Source of the DNA: Trueperaceae bacterium
GTDB taxonomy: Bacteria; Deinococcota; Deinococci; Deinococcales; Trueperaceae
DNA: 64,000 nt
Reading direction: 5' to 3'
Assembly (NCBI GenBank): GCA_034520945.1
Contig: JAXHNB010000010.1
Coordinates: 96,001 to 160,000, forward strand
Notes under the pieces: generated by a model
Seen by the model: the letters and a program-made list of their open reading frames with translations, nothing else
Told to the model about the DNA's origin: nothing
Databases searched by the model: none
Shown here: in pieces, positions 62,706 to 64,000 of the stretch
Position numbering within the stretch: position 1 is the stretch's first letter
Layout of the letters: the number at the start of each line of letters is the position of its first letter
Position numbers and translations under genes: made by a program

Positions 62706-62961
62706 GCTGGGACGCGGCCGGTGTAAAGGCGCCGGGCCTTCCTCGCGTCGGACGGAACGCTCTGCCTTGTTCGCGCAGCAGCATAGCCCGCGCCCCTTGC
62801 GCGGGTCGGCCGCCGGGGCGCTGGTGGCGGCGTGGTCGTGCCTCGGTAACGCCCCCAGTGCTGAGGTGGGGACGGTCGCACGCCATCTCCCGTACGACGA
62901 GCGATCGGTGCTCGTGTGCGACGTTGCCCACTCCCGCGGCGTGCGGAGCCTGGAGGTACGA

Positions 62962-64000
62962 ATGCGCACCATGACCGGCCTGGCGCTGAGCATCGCGGCC
63001 CTCTTCGTGTTGGCCGCGTGTGGTCAGCCGTCGGGTGGCCCACCGGACGAGCAACCGCCCAGTGAGGACGAAGTTCTGATCCCGGACACCACCAAGGTGC
63101 TGGACGCGGAAGCCCGAACCGCCCTCGTCGACGTAGGTGAGGACGGAACCCTGCGTTTCGCGTCCTCCGCCGGTGTGATCGCCGACCTCGAAACGGACGA
63201 CGTCATCGCCAGCGAACCGGCGAACGCCGCCCCCAACGGCCTGTTGCGCAAGGTGGTGAGCGTCCGCGAGGAGGGCGGCCAGACCGTGGTGGAGACCACC
63301 GGCGCCGAGATCCGCGAAGCCATCCATCAGGGCAGCCTCAGTGTCAGCATCGACCTGGACGAAGCCGACCTGGAGGAGTCGCTGGCGCTCCAATCCGGCG
63401 TCCGGGTGCAGGGCCTGCGACACGACCTGGACACCGACTTCGGCACCGACGGGCGGGTACGGGCCACCGGCACGGTCGAGATCGACCCCGTCCTCGACTT
63501 CGACATGGGCATCTCCTGCGACCGCAAGGTGCTCGGCGTCTGCGCCGAGATTCCCGACCTGAACGTGTTGGTCAAACTCGGCGTCGAGGAGTCCGCCGAC
63601 GTCGCGTTGGAGGGGGAGGACGCCACCGACTTCGACGAGGAGTTCCCGATCGCGCTCCACCAGTTCTCGCCCATCACGTTCAGCATCGGGCCGGTGCCCG
63701 TCGTCCTCACCCCCCAGCTGGAGATCTACCTCGGCGCGGAAGGCGAACTGAGCGCCAGCCTCTCGTTCCGGACGACGCAGGAGCTCACGCTGGCCGGGGG
63801 CTTCGAGTTCGACTCGGACGCGGGCTTCCGCAACATCTCGGAGCGCAGCACCGACTTCGAGGTCCGCACCATCGACGTCGAGGCCAGCGCCGAGGCCCGC
63901 GCGTTCGTGGGCGGACGCTACCAGGTGCACCTCTACGGCGTGATCGGCCCGTTCGGGGCGCTGGAGGCCGGCCCCAGCCTCGAGGCCGACCTACAGGGCC
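62962..64000 (+). CDS. Acidic lipoprotein, paralog of 54326-56395 (runs off window; absent from the ORF track)
   Basis: RBS GGAGG; MRTMTGLALSIAALFVLAAC lipobox; PDTTK, DGTLRF, AAPNGLLR.V, IGPVPVV shared with the paralog. Confidence 0.85.
   Translation, partial: MRTMTGLALSIAALFVLAACGQPSGGPPDEQPPSEDEVLIPDTTKVLDAEARTALVDVGEDGTLRFASSAGVIADLETDDVIASEPANAAPNGLLRKVVSVREEGGQTVVETTGAEIREAIHQGSLSVSIDLDEADLEESLALQSGVRVQGLRHDLDTDFGTDGRVRATGTVEIDPVLDFDMGISCDRKVLGVCAEIPDLNVLVKLGVEESADVALEGEDATDFDEEFPIALHQFSPITFSIGPVPVVLTPQLEIYLGAEGELSASLSFRTTQELTLAGGFEFDSDAGFRNISERSTDFEVRTIDVEASAEARAFVGGRYQVHLYGVIGPFGALEAGPSLEADLQG

Overview
High-GC bacterial chromosomal window with about 55 genes. I saw no rRNA, tRNA, CRISPR array, transposase or prophage. 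Many genes have a TAnnnT -10 box 5-7 nt before the start codon and no RBS, suggesting leaderless mRNAs as in Deinococcota (inference only). Contents in order: beta-lactamase-family hydrolase; two diverged copies of an unassigned two-hairpin element; divergent katA/oxyR; feoAB; PQQ sugar dehydrogenase; a histidine kinase/response regulator/REC-PAS-GAF-HD-GYP operon; hydrolases and oxidoreductases; a TctCBA-linked putative sugar-acid catabolic operon; DUF1538/P-II; copA with a CsoR-like operator and a MerR remnant; a five-gene rhodanese/Tat beta-propeller/rhodanese/YeeE/TusA operon; class I nrdAB behind a cobalamin riboswitch and NrdR boxes; paralogous acidic lipoproteins; a GGDEF protein with a degenerate EAL domain; and a DapA-like/2-hydroxyacid dehydrogenase pair. 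Six apparent +1 frameshifts between 16 and 29 kb look like consensus errors. The best novelty candidates are the putative periplasm-to-cytoplasm sulfur/selenium relay (44685-49073) and the tandem structured element (1887-2250).
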